DNA of 57,852 bases, the filler included, from Catajapyx aquilonaris (lineage: Eukaryota), in the NCBI GenBank assembly GCA_000934665.2. It is 2 parts of 2 records of this genome, joined end to end, with 100 filler letters (N's around TTAATTAATTAA, not from the genome) between each part and the next. Parts side by side here need not be neighbours in the genome. Positions count along the whole stretch, not along the records: positions 28,980 to 57,852 come from KZ539233.1; 1 more part is not named here. The stretch is one strand, 5' to 3'. How positions within the stretch are numbered: position 1 is the stretch's first letter; every line of letters starts with the position of its first letter. Positions 34,640-49,080 of this stretch are shown here, piece by piece. The notes beneath the pieces were generated by a model. It ran no database searches, had not been told where the DNA came from, and worked only from the letters and a program-made list of their open reading frames with translations. A program made the translations under genes and the position numbers.

Positions 34640-36790
34640 ATCCAGCATTAACGACTAGAAGACGCGAAGCAAATCAGTTGAGCGAGTGGCCGCCGACCTT
34701 TCTTCCATAATGTGCATGGTCGGCATGCAGAATTCAACGAGATGTCGCACCGGCCGCTAACGACGGTATAGTCGACTGCTAATTGCCGCTCGCTAGGAGA
34801 AGACCTGTCGGCACATCGTTGGGTCTGCTTCAAAAATGTGTGAAGATATGGCACCTACCCTAATGATGAAATGGATCTGCCGGAGTGTTGTTTTTTTTGC
34901 ACGGAAATAACTGTCAGTCCACGTGGTTGTGGTAAGTAATTACATGTAATTAATTGGGCTATACACTAAGGAGTGGTTCCGGGTTCACGCACCGGTGGGT
35001 GAGGCCACTTCTGGTTATTTTTTGCACTATAGTACAATGCTTTCAGACTAAGCAATATATTGTCAAAGAATTTTCAATAATTTGTAGAAAATTCACTCGA
35101 CTCGAGGCGTCACTGGTAGAGGTTTCTGTAGGCGAATGTTGCAGCTTGAGCAATCCTGATGTCACTTAAAACATTATTAATTAAACTGGACCAGATGATG
35201 GATGCCTTACAGGGCACTGAAGACAGCACTAAAGCATCCCGTGGGCAATTTATCATCGCAATATAAACTTGGAACACTACATTGTGCCATATTTCCCCGT
35301 CAGAGCGTAAAGCGGACTTGCTTGTATCTAACTCAAAATTGTAGTCATTATTTTTTATAGTTGTGTCCCTCACTTCGCTAGGGGGTTCGATATTGCCCAA
35401 GAAGAGTGAGACCAGGGGATACTTCGTAACGGATGTAAACATGCTCTGGGAAAGGCCGGCCTGAGAAGTCTCGCAGAGTTTACTGCCTGTAAACATCTTC
35501 CCGTCCTCGGAGTACGGGCATTTTTGTCAGATCCGTTTATGCGAGAATGTGCATCGTTTACACCCTACCCCAGTCCTTTCTGAATAAACGAACCTCCTCC
35601 ATAAAATAAAATGAGAACCTGCGATGGAAAATGTCCGACGAGTCGTTAGCGGTCTGCAAAAATACTTTGTGTCACTTCCATCCGCTTGGTTTTACGGTTA
35701 CGTATCTCTGGTGGGTGACCCACGACACGTCCGACGATGCAAAAGGGAAGTCGGGATAATTCCAGCGACAATTCGGCGCAGAGAGGAGTCGTCAACCAGA
35801 ACAGAAGCCATAAATGTTTCCTCGGAGGCACAGATCGAATTCCAAGGGAAACTCTCAGGAAGCTGATTGGAGACTTTCCAGAATCGGAGCCGAAAGTGAT
35901 TTAGAGCCCCATGCGATAGTTTCCAGTTTCATCTCATTTCGCACTCGGCTCGCCCTGACGGTACCTTCGAATACCGAGCAGATGAGCAAAATTCGATATT
36001 TAGAACGTACACACAAAAGGTTTCTCCATATATTGCAGAACTATAGGGAGCGCAACAGGCTTTTGTACAATGTACGGTATGTCAGCAGCTGGATAAATGT
36101 CATATAGGCTGGGTTCGATTCCCACCAAGCTTCTCTGGTCAAATGTAGGTGAATAGTTTTTACAAATAAATACCGTCTTCTAGATGGTACAGCCTCTGTC
36201 AATAGGTAAGAAATATGCATCACAAACTGACAAGCGCGTATTAATTCTCACACTTACACTATAAAATTATAATAATAACCAGTGACAGACCGATTCCACT
36301 TGTTCTGATGGTCACATTACAACTCTCTCACGGCGTAGCCTACCTAATCTTCAGATACGAAACAGAATGCTCCCCTCTGCCAAGTAATGAAATTTTGTTC
36401 CATCGGGATGTCGCCCTTCAATAAACTTGCCCCCCCCCCCCTTTCCCCCCAGTGCCGATGAAATGAAAAAAGGCAAAAGTTTCCGTCTCAGTGCCTCTCA
36501 GCCTCTGATTCCCCAAACTTTCTTCACTTAATTCGATTGTGTTTAAATTTCCAAGGCGTGTGCACTCTTCGTGATAACCCCCCACCTGAAACTCTAGATC
36601 GATGAAGAACGGTAAGCCTCTGCTCTACCCCTGCCTGGCCCAAGGTAAAGTGTGCTTTTCCCTCCTCCATACCCCCATCACTTCCACCTCTACCCCTTTT
36701 AATTAGTCTGCTCTTCTTCGGTGTCCCGCTCTTGCCGATTGAGCCAGTCATCGATTTGCTATGAGAAATCTCTTCACCATAGAGTTACGA
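34640..36790 (-). pseudogene. Several cadherin-repeat remnant blocks
   Basis: SGTPKKS / VEVEVMGV (~36700); LPESFP and RIVAG (~35800); SDKNARTP (~35520); YNFELDTS; IIENS; VDYTVVSG (~34760). Confidence 0.6.
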
Positions 36791-37508
36791 TAGACAACGT
36801 AACATTAATGTTGATTGTAGTTACAAGGTGGCTCAGAAAGGAGTGCGTGCTAGCACTAATTAGGTGGTAAGCTAAGCATTACGTGTGGGATGCTTCCTTG
36901 TGGAAAATATGCGTAATCACGACTAATGATAATCAGGTGTACATTTCAAGGGGGAGTGGCCAGTTTAATCTTTCAAAAAGTGCTTGAAGGACCTACCAGA
37001 TAAAATTATTCGGAAGATTAAAAGTTCAGACTACCGGTACCTCATCATCCCTGATGGAATTAACTACAACTTGAGAAAGTAATTAGTAATGATACGGGCC
37101 TGTTGCTGCTGAAAAGAGATCTGTACACTAAAGATTGCAAAGAAAATATTTTCACAGTTCTAACAATCCAGGCGGAAATCAATTATCTTCATTCTCGGGC
37201 AAGTCTAGGGAATACTATAGCGAATAATTGGAGTTCTGAAAGGAGAAAAGAAAGGCTACTCGCGACGTCTTCATTCCACTAAGCAGCCAACTTTATAGAT
37301 CGATATCACCTAGCAACCATTTCTTCTTCTTCTTTTTTTACTTTTCCTAGTTAATCACATATCAAAAATTATCGGCACCGGAAATTGCCAGAAAATCAGA
37401 ACTTGTAACACCCGTACCGTTATGATTAATGAAACCTTTGGTACAGACTCCAATCAAAACCCCTGCGCACTTTTACAAGTGTATTTCCTAGAGAGCTCCC
37501 CCCCCCCC

Positions 37509-37753
37509 NNNNNNNNNNNNNNNNNNNNNNNNNNNNNNNNNNNNNNNNNNNNNNNNNNNNNNNNNNNNNNNNNNNNNNNNNNNNNNNNNNNNNNNNNNNN
37601 NNNNNNNNNNNNNNNNNNNNNNNNNNNNNNNNNNNNNNNNNNNNNNNNNNNNNNNNNNNNNNNNNNNNNNNNNNNNNNNNNNNNNNNNNNNNNNNNNNNN
37701 NNNNNNNNNNNNNNNNNNNNNNNNNNNNNNNNNNNNNNNNNNNNNNNNNNNNN
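37509..37753. other. Assembly gap flanked by poly-C and poly-G
   Basis: Run of N between C and G homopolymers. Confidence 0.95.
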
Positions 37754-38869
37754 GGGGGGGGGGGTGCCTAATGCTTTCAACTATGACCAAATAGCCCTAA
37801 GGTACGACCACTAGTTTTCGACCACAACATAAAGGTTGCAACAAAGCGGCCAAGAGATTCTGGAGAGGAAGCTCCATCCCTTGACTGTGTTCAAAGTTGG
37901 CCGCCAAAGAGCCTGAATATTGTGAAAATTAACCGCCCACTTTGTGCTAGGTGTGAATAATCAGCTGGTAATAAATATCCCCATATGAATTTTGCTTAGG
38001 TGTGCGGTAGTGCAGTCAACGCACGGGCCTGATTGGTTAATGGGAGTGGGAGGCGCGGGCTCTGTGAAGTGGGTGAGGGATCAGGAAATCTCCAGGGCCA
38101 TAGGGTAGTGGATGGGTGGGGAGGGGGAGGGGGTCAAAGCGGCGGTCAGGACAAGGGTAAAGTGGCAGAGGTGACAATATTTTCCGTTGTCATAGTGTTG
38201 CTGTTGTTACCCCATGCACTATTAATGCGATTTTACAAAAAAAAGAGGTTATTCTGACAAACAAGCAACCCGTGACTATAAAGGGGACAGTCAGCGATCT
38301 AAGAGATTCAAGTTAGAAGGTTAAGTAACTGGAATAAATTTGCTTAAATCTGACCAATCTGACCAATTTATAGAATTGTTTTCCACTTAGCAGTGGTTGA
38401 GTTTTCTACAACGCTCATTGTGGACAAATATTACTCAAGTGCATGTCCAAATACTGTATAGCGTCAATACAGTTATCCTAATTTTACAAATCTAACTACT
38501 GTAGGTAGTTTCACTCAAAAGTGCCGATTCTACAGATAGACTATATAATTTTGAACTAGTAACTTAATACAGTTTGAACTAACCTTGCCTGTGTAAAGGT
38601 TTCAGTGGTAACAAGCACCTGTACTGAAGAACTTTTAACGAGGGGGTATATGGAACACAAACAAATATGAATTCCACTCCAGGTTTTTTCCGATAGTTAT
38701 CCTGTACTCCTTTGATCGAAACAGGCTCTACAAAATGTGCCACTCGATAAAAGAAATCGTTGAGGTCTACAATTGATTTTATGGAAGGAGAAGGTTCGTG
38801 TCTCTAAAAACAAGCCTCGTGTGCCAAGGAGTAAAAATATATAAAAAATTATACTGTGGAGCAAATCCG

Positions 38870-41220
38870 CAAGATTAGCAAAAAGAGGTACGCAAACACT
38901 TTGATCGATTTGATGTGTGCCTCCGCATCCAGATATCCCCAAGATTGTTGAAAAAGGAAAGCCTCTCCTCAAATGACCCGAGACCACTCCGGAATATAGG
39001 CTAATAAGACTGATTCAGAGCGTCCTCACGTTGTGTTCCCATCCGTCTGGAGGAACGCAATAAACTGCGAGAAAGGATTCGTGTTGAGGATCAAAATGAG
39101 CACCATCAAAAGAAACGGAAAAGCAATTTTCGTAGTCGGCATATCCAGAAATAAGCAAGCAACAGAGTTTCTATAGCCTGTGGCACCTTCGAATGCTTGA
39201 TCACGTGCGCCAATCGTAGACCGCAACGCCACCTATCCCCTTCTTGTGACTGGTGCCTGCTGAAGTGACACGAGCTGACTAAGAAATCTCTGAAGTGAAC
39301 GCAACACTCTTTTTGGGGAATGGACCGCAAGACATGTGAGAAATGGTCCAATGTTTTACGCAAAGGAGACCTGCGTGCTACTTTCCCCTGCTCCCACATC
39401 GATCAAGGGAGGAAGGGTGCATGGAAGCATTACGCACAGGTGGCAACATCCCGTTTCGCGGCCGAAAATGGACATTTTCTAAACACGGCTCCAAGTGCAT
39501 AATCTGCTTCATTAGCACTAAAACCAGTCCAACACAGAGACAAGTCATGGAGTCGTGCTGGCTATACAGTGCTTACCACCAGAAATTATTTAGCTCTTAG
39601 CATGTGTTGAAAGGATGAATGTGTAGCCTACTCTTGCACTCATTTCAAAGGTGTGCCTAGAGCTTTGTGAGTGTGTAACAGAAAGAAATTGCATTGTTGC
39701 TTCTGTGACAACTGAGATTTTTTAAAGGGAGTGCCTTATTATAGACTGTCTAATTACTGTGTAGTGCAGATAGGGCAAACGACTTTGCTCTCTTTCGTTT
39801 GAATATCAGGCCTGCTAATCGGCCTGTTATAAACTCTAAAATCCACTGTAATGCAAGTGTGGGACATTTCCTTAAATTAAGCATTTGTTGGCTTTTGTCA
39901 CTCGATATCAACCCAAATGCCGTAGCCTTATCTGCAGAGGCCACTCAAAATATCACTATTTCACTATAGCGACCTGTCTGCTTGGAACCATGACAACAAG
40001 TCCCTGCCATCAACTGATAACGATGAGGAGGTGGGAAGGGGTTAATGCACTGTGGCCACTGAGATCAAGTTGACATTTTCAGTGGCATAAATACATGCTT
40101 GCATAATTATGTTTAAAAAAAGTTTAAGCCACGACAGTTAGAGTGGATTTAACTGAAACATTTGTCACATGAAATGAGCTATTGGAGGACAAATATTAGG
40201 AGAGATTATTGACATGTACAAGTTGAATTTTTAAAAGCAGCATCTTTGATTGCCTCCCACTACCTACTCTGCTTAAATGTACTGTACCACAAACACTAGT
40301 AAAATGAATTTGAGCCAAACTGGCTGATATATCTAGATTTTGATCTGCTTATGTCATGCTTTGGCACGGCAGACGCCCAGGTGCCCTTCTCGGCATTGCC
40401 CCAGAGACCTCAGACACATCACTCCTATCTCCAGATCTATGCTCCTGGCATTATTCTTCGTATCAACACTTCCGTTCTATTCCACACAACGGCCGACTTT
40501 GGTTGCAAGATGTTTTAGAACTTCTTTTGACAGCTGCTCAAGTAGGTCAGCGCAAATATTTTCCGCACTTAACGGGATATGAAAACAGCCGGTGATTGAG
40601 GAAGTGCTTGCATCCGAAGGAGAAGGTTTTATTTTGAGTCCGCGGAGCATGTGGAAGAACACTGGCCAGAACCGTCCCTGAGCTAGCGTGGTTCAAAATG
40701 GAGGTCAACGATGACAGCTTTGTTTTGGCTCCAAAGTTGCGGGTTCGAAATTCCAACTAAAAATTGGAAAATAATTTGCTAAATGCTTGCCACAAAAATC
40801 CCATGGGTTTCCCTTGGCATTACGCCTCGTGTTTACTGGATCGTTCAATATGAAACAAACAACAACAAAATCAGTTTCATACAGCCGTCAAGAGAGTGGA
40901 ACATCAGCCAAATCGAGAGGTAACAAAGGGCCCTAAAGACTATGTCATCGGCATTGTGTTGAAGGGGGAAAAGGCCAGGCATTCTCCAACAGAGGCCGCA
41001 AGTGAGGGTCTCTCTAAACGCGATTGTCACATTTGTATCTGCTGTGTTCGAAGTTGTGTGCCATTGTAATTTGCCCGATTCCATTCGAGGCGGTACTCCA
41101 TCCGCAGATGGAATTAGCTGCTCTCAAGCCCTTTTCACGCGATGAATTTTAGTGCAAATGGCAGCCAGTCGAGCGAAGGTGTGGAAAGTCCTTGAATTCA
41201 AGCCGTCTGCCACCGATTGC
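38870..41220 (-). pseudogene. Several cadherin-repeat remnant blocks
   Basis: SADGVPP...DTN/DN...ASV/ENA (40970-41110); RDGSG, SAENI, VLKHLAT...NGSV, SIDLEIGVMCL (40400-40690); SANEAD, TIGARDQ, ADYE, ILNTNPF (39060-39520). Confidence 0.6.
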
Positions 41221-41432
41221 TGCACATAAAAACCTGCGCAATTTATGGGATTTCGCTTACAGATGTGACACAGGTTCTGTAAGTTGGAGTCAGTTGCAGG
41301 GTCTTTAGGTACGGTTTGCTTATTTTGTCATGTGCAGGCCAAGTTAGTTGCATCAATTTTAACCATTTTTTGCAGGTACGGCACTGTATCTGTCAAATTT
41401 ACATTAATATTGTACATGACAGGAGCTTCATG

Positions 41433-41766
41433 CAGTGTCCCAATTACTGTCCACAGTGGTTAACAATTTTTTGTAATTGCTGTAATTAAGCAGTTGCGCA
41501 TAAGTTGCTTCTAGATCTGGAGGTTATCAATATATTAGCTGTTAATATTTAAATGGAAACCACAGTTTTGACCAGCTGGCATATGAGGTCTCTTTCGTAA
41601 GCTGCACCAGTTAAAGAATGCATCAATTCTACATAATGTAACCAAGTAAGTTAATATTTTTGATAACCCCCAAAAGTATTATTTTGTTGGAAGGTAACTG
41701 CTTAATAAGCACAGTAGTGAGAAAAAAATCGTTAACCACTACAGGGGCTTACATTGGAAGACACTA
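41433..41766. mobile_element. Old diverged MITE
   Basis: CAGTGTC...AGTGGTTAACAATTTTTT...ATTAAGCAGTT vs AACTGCTTAAT...AAAAAATCGTTAACCACT...GACACT. Confidence 0.55.
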
Positions 41767-42299
41767 GTTATATAAAGCTGTGGGATTTTACTAATTATAA
41801 ATTGAGGCGCTCAGAGGAAAAACGGCGTATCCCAATCGACCTCTGATTTTGAGATTGTAGTGCTTTTGTACTCTCCTGCCATCTACCTTTCATGTGCTGA
41901 AGTCCCAAATTAATTGGGATATGCCAAAGCTCACAATCATATTCCACTTGTAAAATTGGTCCGCAATGGAAAATCCTATTCTCCTGCAACAACAAAAAGC
42001 AGTTTATCTCAAAATTAACTCCGGTTGGGATATGCCGTTTTTCCTCAATAATTATACGCATTTTCAAGTTTCCATTCTAGTAGTTGTCACAGTAAACTGA
42101 TGTACGCTTTCATATGAAATACAGCTGTATTTGTTTATAATTGATATTCAACAACTTTTATATTAACTACCTGAACCTACAATAGCATCGTGTTTGCCTA
42201 TACTAATTGCATCTGTAACGATAAATTAAACTCCCCATTAAAAATCTTTCATGATACGAACAGATACGAATACCATTGAGAGGGAATTTGAAAAATCCG

Positions 42300-42552
42300 G
42301 ACCATTTTCAACCATCATTTCGACATAAAAACGTCTGCTCCATAGTGCAACCTTCAATACTCGCCATAAATGCCAACCCACTTGAAACGACCGCAACCGT
42401 TTGAAAATCCTCCTCCCTCGACGAAGAACCCCGACAACAAAGGTCGCATTCATCAATTTGTCCCCGCCAATGTCGACTAACAACCCTACCTCCGAAGAAA
42501 ATGCGCCCGTCAACTCTTCCTATTCAAAAAAAAAAAGTTAAAGAAAAAAAAA
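42300..42552 (+). mobile_element. Non-LTR retrotransposon (L2/CR1-like) ORF2 3' remnant with A-rich end
   Basis: FNTRH...LLPRRRT...KVAF...SP...LFKK pattern typical of LINE ORF2 C-termini, followed by A runs. Confidence 0.4.
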
Positions 42553-42599
42553 GACACCGAAAACTCGGTCGCATGTTCGACCGACTTTCACAGGAACGA

Positions 42600-45500
42600 C
42601 CATCCCCCTAGCACCCTGGGATCCCTGCAAATCCTTATTCGTTGGACAGTGCAGCCAACCGCAGTTGACTTGGGCTAATCCCTGCCTGCAGTCTCAAGGG
42701 CCTGGGATATACCACTTCGGTACAACTCGGTCCGTATGGGTATTGAACGCAGTTTCTCCCCCCTTAATGCGTGCGCAGGTGAAAATTCAAGCCTCCCTCC
42801 CCCCTCTTGACCACCTTTCACGCACTCTGCTTCGGCCTCATTTTTATCTTGGTTTTACCTACCTCTCTTTTTGGAATATTCGGCTCCCTTTATTATCAAC
42901 CCCAGTCGTGGTGCCTGCAACAGGTGAACCTTGACGTCAGGACCGAAATTGACTACCCTAGCGCGGCCTCAGCTCTGTCCATACAGTACAATAGCGACAT
43001 TTCCGACACATCTTCGACGCCCGTCACAGGCCAAAAATGGTCAATAAAAGGGTACGGTTCTGGACAATAGCGTGAATCTAGTATTCGCAGCAAATCTGTG
43101 GAGAGGGAAAAATTTTGTGGTGAAATTTTTTGGAAATGTTAGGGAGGTTATGCGTTTACTTTTTATAGTGCGTGTAGGTTTTTAATGGCGTTTTGATGGG
43201 ATGCCCGCAGTGTGTCCGGAAGGGGGGAGTCCGCCATACAGAAGGGGTTGCTGAATATTTGAACACTGTTGAAAACTATCTAACAAGTCTCCTAAAACTG
43301 CAATTTCACCCTTATGTCTCGCTTACATAAGAGTCAAAGAGGCTTTTCATAATCACTCGCCCTAGTTTGCACAGGCACTACTCATTTTGATGGGTGAGTC
43401 CAGGTGAATATCGGACAGGGAGGGGGGGGGGGTTATACAGGTCGAACCTAGATTAAAGTGACACTACAAGTTAAACTTAAACCTCTTATTATTCAGGTCA
43501 ATCAATACGAGCCATCAAAACCGATATTAGTTATTTTAACGGCTATACTGTCACGTAATAATCTGACCTTGCTGTTTGACATTGCAATCTGATTTTTAGC
43601 GTGCAGATAATCGCAGGGAGGGAAAAACGTTTGCATTGCGTGAGTGACGTCACATTGCTTTCTAATGATCTCTATAAACTGCATCTTCCACACGACTATT
43701 TCCGTGGGTTTTGAAAATCCCAATTTTGGATCCCCCCCCCCCCTCCTGGTGCTTTTGGCCAGCTACTGCCACTTGCACCGATTGTTCCCAGATCCCATCA
43801 GTTTCCAAGTTTCTGGGCTTTCCAACAGATTGAATGCCCACCCTGATTACACCGTAATGTTATTGCACACTGCGAAAGCCACGTATCCTTGGGACGGACG
43901 GAGAAAGAGAGAAAAAGAAAAGCAAGTGGCAAAGGAGACCTTGGTAGAAGGCAATGCTTCCTGGCTCGAAGAATGGAACTCGCCCAAGAGGGTCGGACAG
44001 GTGTCACCCTATACTATAGGAATGTGCTCCACCTTACCAGGGAGAGGCCTTGCCAACTGCCTTGTAGGTCACTAACTCTATTGATTATCGCGTTATGTAC
44101 AAGGTAGTTTTAGAGGGAGGGATTGGGCAGACCACTCGAAGGCTACTCTGGCACGCACCGGGGGTGCACCGCGCACACACACACACAAAAAAAAACAAGA
44201 CGATATAAGTATCCCTCAGGTGTGCGGTTCTCCGGCACGTTTCAGGAACTCGCTAACGAAATGTGGATCGCGGTTAGGGGCTGACCTTTCTGATGGCAGA
44301 AGGTACAGTCCTTGACTGTTAAAATGCATTGTGAAAAAGTAAAAAGATATGTAACTACTAATGCATACGCAGAAATTATTTTAATTAAATTTCCGTTAGT
44401 GAACGCGGGAAAAGGTCAATAAATGTTATAAGGTCGCTGGGTCTGATAATAATCATGTGATCGTCAACAGTGTTATTACACAAGTAATAACTACCTTGTT
44501 TGTTACGAGTTGGTATTCTGTGAATGTCACTTACAGGGAAGGTAATATAATACCTGATCACTTCCACATGCATGTTTTCCTGATTATGTGAAATGTCGCC
44601 AGTAGGCTACTACTATGGAGCAATTTAAAATGTCAGAAAAATGTTTTCTCAAATCCCGCTTTTACCTTCACCATTATGCAGTACATTGCGCTTGTTTAAC
44701 TTCACCATTCAATAAAAAGTCATGCACATATGCTCAGTCACACCACCCCGGGTCAATCCCACAAACAAGTCAACACATGTCATTCACGTTCATCAGTACT
44801 GTACATACATCATATGCCAGTAATTCCTATTTGAACAGTCCCGTCAAATTAAATGAATATCTATACTCTCTACCCAGGCTACACATCATGGTCCTTACCA
44901 CTCTGCTTATGCACGAGCAAGCATTTGCCTGATATAAACCAACGACGTCACAATAATGCCCTCGAGGTTAAGACGTCCGAGTGGGAACCACCCACACTCC
45001 ATGCTCGGTGAAGGAAACGCAATTCTTTCTCTCTCATTAAAAAACTGCTTTAATTAAGCCTCCAGGTTTCATCGATGCAGTGTACAAGACCAGGCCTGAG
45101 ATGAACGTGGGCGTCTGCTGACGTTGAGTGTACCGGAGGAGCGGTATTCATTCTGACAAGTTTCCCTGAAATTTTCATGCGCAGACCGTAAACCCGGCAG
45201 CGGATGTGTCCACCACTGGCAGCGGGTTCATGACCGAACAAAACAAACCCATTACACTACAGCTCATTAGGTGGGGAGGTTTTCACAAAGGGGCACAAAC
45301 GAGCCCCGATCATAAGAGACTCCCTGCTCCGACGGCTCAGAGGTTACCTGCCTTTGGAATGAATCACAAGAAACTCATTTGGGATAGAAGTTGGAAATCC
45401 ATTCCAGTAGGGGGATGGGAGGGGGGGATTCAATTTGAGGTGGGGAGGTTTCTAGGAGGTTCCTCAGGTCTTTAGAAAGTTGGAAGAGTTTTCTTTAGAA

Positions 45501-46560
45501 ATTTTTCGGAGGTGCCCTGCACGGTGTTTCGCTAAGCAGGCCTATACAGTACAACCTCAAGTTATAAGCAGCCTGGCAACGTCATAAACATAATAACTTG
45601 TTATGTTGTACATTGCACCGAGTGCAGTTGGCGCAGAGCTTGAGGTTTGCCTTTCTTTGTGTATTATAAAATTCGTGGCCTGTGGTTCTTATGTATAGGA
45701 AGTCAAGGAGTCTGACACGTGACTATTGGCGCACAAAGTTGCGGTCGCAAATAGCAAGTTTCGAGGACGTTTAGACATTGTTTTTCGCAGGCTTTCTCTG
45801 AAATAATGTCACGATGAAATGGGCAAAATCGGTGGAAGCTCCCAACTGAGCCAATCAGTGTTCATTTCGCCTAGCCCCATGTGGGGTCTGCAAATAACAG
45901 GTAATGGCCTCCAACGAAAAGGTGGACTACATATCCCCATGATTTTTACATGCTACCTATTTTTCCGGTCGTAACATCAATTACGGTATCAAATATTACT
46001 ACGGCACTGTAATGCTATAAACTTCTTATACGTTACATACATTCTGCATGAACCAAGTATGACTTGGAGGCATAATAAAGCAGTCATGTCCTGTAATCGC
46101 TCACTTAATCACGTACACCCTGCATTTTCTAGCGAAAAAACCGGTACCGACAATGTGAAATGACAGTAACTCTAGTGCACAGGGAGCCAAAACGCTCCAA
46201 CGATTTTCCACCCTATTTCGCTCTTCGGTTGCATTTTTTCAAACACTCGCTCGCAGACCATTCCGCTCATTCCAGATAATCAAAACAACCCTACAGCTCC
46301 TACAGTCAGTCCGGCCCAACCAGGCTTCATCCTGCCCTGTGTTAGACCTACCAGGCCCCAGGCATTCATGCCCCCCCCCCCCCAACCCGCCGTCATATTT
46401 TTCATCCGTTTTATTACGTGGCCATGCTTCCTCCCAAAAAATGGGAACGCCGATCACAAAACAGCCTGGCGTTCCTTTCATTTACACTGGATCCGGTGCT
46501 ATAGGGACGACAACCCAGAGAAAAGTAATATATGCGGTGAAGCAGGTAGTTCATTACAAT
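42600..46560 (-). pseudogene. Several cadherin-repeat remnant blocks
   Basis: SVNERNARLF (~46480); FGHEPAASGGHI and CIDET/GGLIK (45050-45240); SYSIG, FSVRPKD (43880-44020); PFIDHF, PVTG, MDRAE, HDWG, QDKNE, STAVGCTV (42640-43055). Confidence 0.55.
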
Positions 46561-46999
46561 ACACGCTTTTCATGACCTGCTTGATTTTCAAATCTCCAAG
46601 TTAAGTACAGAGTCAGCTATATGCATTTAACGGGATAAGTAGGTGGTTTAACCTTGTTTTATCAAAGGTAGCTCATTTTAATTACGTTGGAGTAAGGTGG
46701 ATTTTGCATTTGAATTTATTGGTCTAACTACGAGTATATTGCATATTTATTTGGTATTAGGAAGCGGGAAAGGCAGAGCCTGGATGATCTTGTGAGCCTT
46801 TTCGACTTCATAAACCTTAAGCATAACAAGAATTTTGATCAAATATACTGTAGAATGACAAAAAGGTAGTATTAGACCTCAAGTTTAAGCCTGGTACAGG
46901 TTTATGCAACGTTATTAGTGTCACTCATGACAAAATCCGTGCCTAACTTTGAAATGCTCTTGAGGCTTCTATTTCTGGAGAGGCTCTCCACATTACGGA

Positions 47000-49080
47000 C
47001 TCATATTTGTCTTCTCTTTGCTCGGGGGCAAAATGGACTTTGATTGCCGACGATGATTACTCGGCGAAGTCGCAATTCTAAAGCGTATATATGACACCGT
47101 AGTCCTATACCTCATACGTAGTACATCCTATATGGAAACCAGGCTTCAAAGGTGAAATTAATATCAAGTCGCTTGCAAATCATTCACCTTCATTTCACCC
47201 CATGGAGTCTGCATCACAGGAGCAATTGTCCTATATTCATTTGCGCCTGACAAGTATACTATAATGTGACACGAGTGGGTGAATGGTTGCAGATTTTCTT
47301 AGGATGAACCCAAGGACAAGGGATCAGATTGTTGACAACCAGCTCAGGATCAGCCTATTCTGTACCTCTTTTAGTCAGATCTGCCTCGGGTGATACACAT
47401 TGAGTTGTGGTAGAAAGGACGGGACAATGAAGACATTCAAAGTCCAATTCAGGTGAAACTGAGATAATCCCATTTTAAATTTCGAAAGCCCATAAGGCTC
47501 CATTGTCGGAGCTTTCCATTGTGACCTATGACCATAACTCCACAACCACGACCAATCCATCATATTCTACACTAGTGAAAGTATTTTCTGAGATATGTAA
47601 CTCATTTTTGACAAAAAGTGGACCTTGATCAGTCTTCCCCCGAGGTCTTCAATTACATGTTGGAGTCATGCTGGTTGGAAAATTGAGATGACTTGAGGTT
47701 TGTGTGATGAGGTATTCACAAGTATGAATATTACCAGAGGAATATCATGTGCCACAGGTTCATTATAGTATACACCAACCTTACCGTCAAACGGGGGGAG
47801 ATTGTGCCAGAGCGTTTTTTTGGGACAACAACGCACCCTACTGGCAGCAGGCGTAAACTAGCGGAATTAGGCATTTTCCAATACATTGATAAATGTTCAA
47901 GGTTGACAATCACGAAGAAAATTCGCGATTTGCTGCGATAAGGCCCGTAAAATAAATTATTGCTGAAGTTTTGATTTTCGTCAAGTTTTGCGCTTGATGG
48001 TATAGTAGTGATTGCCGTGAGTGGCTGGTTGCTTCTCGTTACCAGGTAAGTCAATATTTCGATAACTGCATTATTGAAGGTAGTAAATACGAGTTGACGT
48101 TTTTAAATCTGAATTTGTTCTTGGGCTATGACCCAGTGAATAAAAAAGGGAGACTTGATGGGGCGAGATTGTGCCACTGTTTTTCCCATTTTTTCACTGA
48201 TTTTCATGTGTGACAGTAATGGGAAGAGTTTACCTGTAGAAGATCGGTGGGAGGCTTTGCAGGAAATCAAGTCCAACATTCTCCGATGAAAAAAAAAGAT
48301 AAATGGATGTCATCAAAGCTACAGCTACTTGTAATCATGATGGTAATATCATAATTTTTATACTCCATCTACATGAACTGTCAAAGTTACTTTTCCGATA
48401 TCAACTATCCACATCCCAAATCACCGTTATTTCCAACAACATTTGGCATTTTCAACCACACCAGACAACTGCGCAACCTTCCAGAACAGTGGTCGGACAA
48501 AATTCGTTCCCATAGCTTCCGGACCCCTATTTGTAGACCAGCTTCGACATAGCAATGACTATTTAAATTCTAATCCGATTGGAAAGAGCCTTCGCAACGT
48601 TTGCTCGAAGCCTGCAAAATTGCAATTAACGGCAAATCCCCGGCGGAATTTTGCTTCCTCACAAAATTAGCGTTGTCGTTCACTCAATCTGAAAACGGGG
48701 AAAAGTGGCGACCTTTCATTAGCAAGCAGTGAAACTAGGGTGTTTCCGGGGGAAATAATGGGATTACCAGGCATAAATTATGAAGGAGGATTCTTGTCGT
48801 GTCCAAAAAGCGAAGAGGAGGAGAAGGAGACGGGGGCAGACAGACAGATGGGAGGGACCTTGCAGGCTGCACTAATCTAGATTGGATTCGAGCACCAGCA
48901 GTCTCCTAGATCAGAAAACAACGGAAGGGCGACCTCCCAGGCCTTATTAACTCTCAGGATTAACTTTTGCGCGGAAAAAGGTTTCGACTTTGACAGCCAA
49001 TCTTGCTCATACGCTCCGATTACCACAGATCCTCCCTACAGATTTCAATCGGCAATTCCTCAAGAACAAGAATCAGAAAA
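47000..49080 (-). pseudogene. Several cadherin-repeat remnant blocks
   Basis: Single frame 47630-47436: DQGPLFVKNELHISEN...DNG...FEI*NGIISVSPELDFE; also NHSP, CDADS, GVIYTL*NCDF, NFVRPLF...VVENA, WDVDS, VLEELPI, GAYEQD. Confidence 0.7.
47784..48180. mobile_element. Truncated pogo/Tc1-like element end interrupting the cadherin remnant
   Basis: TA|CCGTCAAACGGGGGGAGATTGTGCCA with an internal repeat GGGGCGAGATTGTGCCA near 48160; no matching right TIR seen. Confidence 0.4.

Noticed and set aside
43860..44050. Plus-strand ORF resembling an RTE LINE C-terminus
   Set aside because: Weak match; the opposite strand fits the cadherin series
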